From Narcine bancroftii (taxonomy: Eukaryota), in contig NC_091474.1 in the NCBI RefSeq assembly GCF_036971445.1, positions 18,352,001 to 18,416,000 on the forward strand: DNA of 64,000 bases, written 5' to 3'. The translations under genes were made by a program, and so were the position numbers. The notes beneath the pieces were generated by a model, which saw only the letters and a program-made list of their open reading frames with translations, ran no database searches and was not told the DNA's origin. Each line of letters starts with the position of its first letter. Position 1 is the first letter of the stretch. Below, one piece after another: positions 62,572 through 64,000 of this stretch.

Positions 62572-64000
62572 CCCTCCACCACTTGACTCCTGCCATTATA
62601 CTAATACTAATGACTATCTCAGCATGGATCTAAGTGTCTGGGCAAGCCTACCCTGCAGAACCTTATCAAATGTCTGGCTAAGGCTCATGCAGACAATGCC
62701 CGGCCCTCAGCAATCTTTTTGATCATCTTGTCAAAAACTCAATTAAATTTATAAAGGCAAAGACATGCTCAGCATGTCAGGCCAGCATTCATGGAGGGAG
62801 AGATAATGAACATTTCAATTCGAAGACCTTTCATTCAAACATGCCAACGTTGGTACTTCAAACCTCTCAGGTCATGGTTCATTTGTTTCTACATCTCCTC
62901 CTGGAAACTCTTTAGCGCTGACAGACTTACTATAATACATTGTCAGCAATTTTACTGTAAGAGGCTTCTTCAGACAATATTTTTATTCTTCTCAGCACTT
63001 GAACATTGACATCTGATATTTTAATGCTAGCTTAAACAGTGATGTTGTCTAATAATTACGTTCCATACTTATTTTGTCTGTTTCAGAAACACTTGGTTTA
63101 AAATCAAGTTAAGAGCATGGGCAAAAGTTAATGATAGCTTAATTGACACCAACACATGAGATGACTAACTCTGGACATACAGCAAGTATGGCTATTAGAA
63201 CTAATATGGAACAAATTAAACCTATGATGGGTGGGAAAGGGAAAGTGCATAAACATTACTACACTGACCAGATGCAGATTGGGCAAAGAAGATGAGGTCA
63301 ATTCTTGCACAGAGGAAACTCAAATCAACTTTAACAACAAATATATCAATCCTGTCAAAGGCTTTCCACTCTAGTCTTTCCCTGGACACACAATTGACAC
63401 CAGACATTATTATCTGCCTCCAATCGTGGCTGCCCTTGCATATGATGAGAAGTAAATGTAGAAGACTACATGGGAAAATGTTGGCTCTTTTGAAATGTTA
63501 TGAAACAATTGCTTTGAAATTATGTGAACATGGAACTTACATTTGGTGGCATCTAGATATGGATGCTGAGCTTTTAGTCATTACATTCTTCCATGTTGTA
63601 ATACTAATTATAAATTAATTGACTTAAAATAAACTTAAAATAAACCCTTTAACATTAAAATTTGCATTAAATAGGACATATATGGTAAATATTAGTTCCT
63701 GCACATCACTGCACCTGGTTCTGTCTTCATAGAAGCTGCTTGACCTGATGAGTAACTACTTTTCATAACCTACACAGGTGTGCCTGTAAGAGAAAAATAC
63801 AGAAAGATGCCAGTGATTAATTTATATGGCCTCAAGCTAGGGTTATCCAATAAACTTTTATCCTTCATGTAAAACTAAACTTTTTTCTAAATGACTCTTT
63901 TCCACAATGTGACCATGGGTTGAATCTTTCTGGGAAATACTAATAGTTTGTCCTGTAGAATCACTGTAGAAACCCTAAAATTGATGGTCACTCTTTACCG

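Overview
Eukaryotic, AT-rich, repeat-dominated DNA with no recognisable multi-exon host gene, most likely a large intron or intergenic region. The repeat set (CR1, Rex1/Babar, RTE, L1/Tx1 LINEs, V-SINE and Deu-SINE remnants, palindromic TGCTGGAGAAACTCAGC repeats) suggests a cartilaginous fish, probably a ray; this is inference. Every long ORF is transposon-derived. Main elements: a young 5'-truncated RTE LINE with about 890 open codons (31604-34328), several CR1 copies, a 3.3-kb RT-less Ty3/Gypsy element with both LTRs (59270-62571), three solo LTRs with 5-bp TSDs, and Tigger-like, Harbinger-like, hAT and Chapaev3-derived DNA elements. Most notable observations: (i) the Gypsy has no tRNA PBS, and that position is a perfect 12-nt complement of its own LTR poly(A)-signal region; (ii) an RTE copy shows twin-priming inversion geometry with an 11-bp TSD; (iii) two MITE copies appear to contain DNA copied from 1.6-1.9 kb away; (iv) a TTAGGG patch sits at a deletion; (v) there is a candidate 15-nt microexon. 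No CRISPR or prokaryotic system is present. Boundaries of decayed repeats are approximate and were read by eye.
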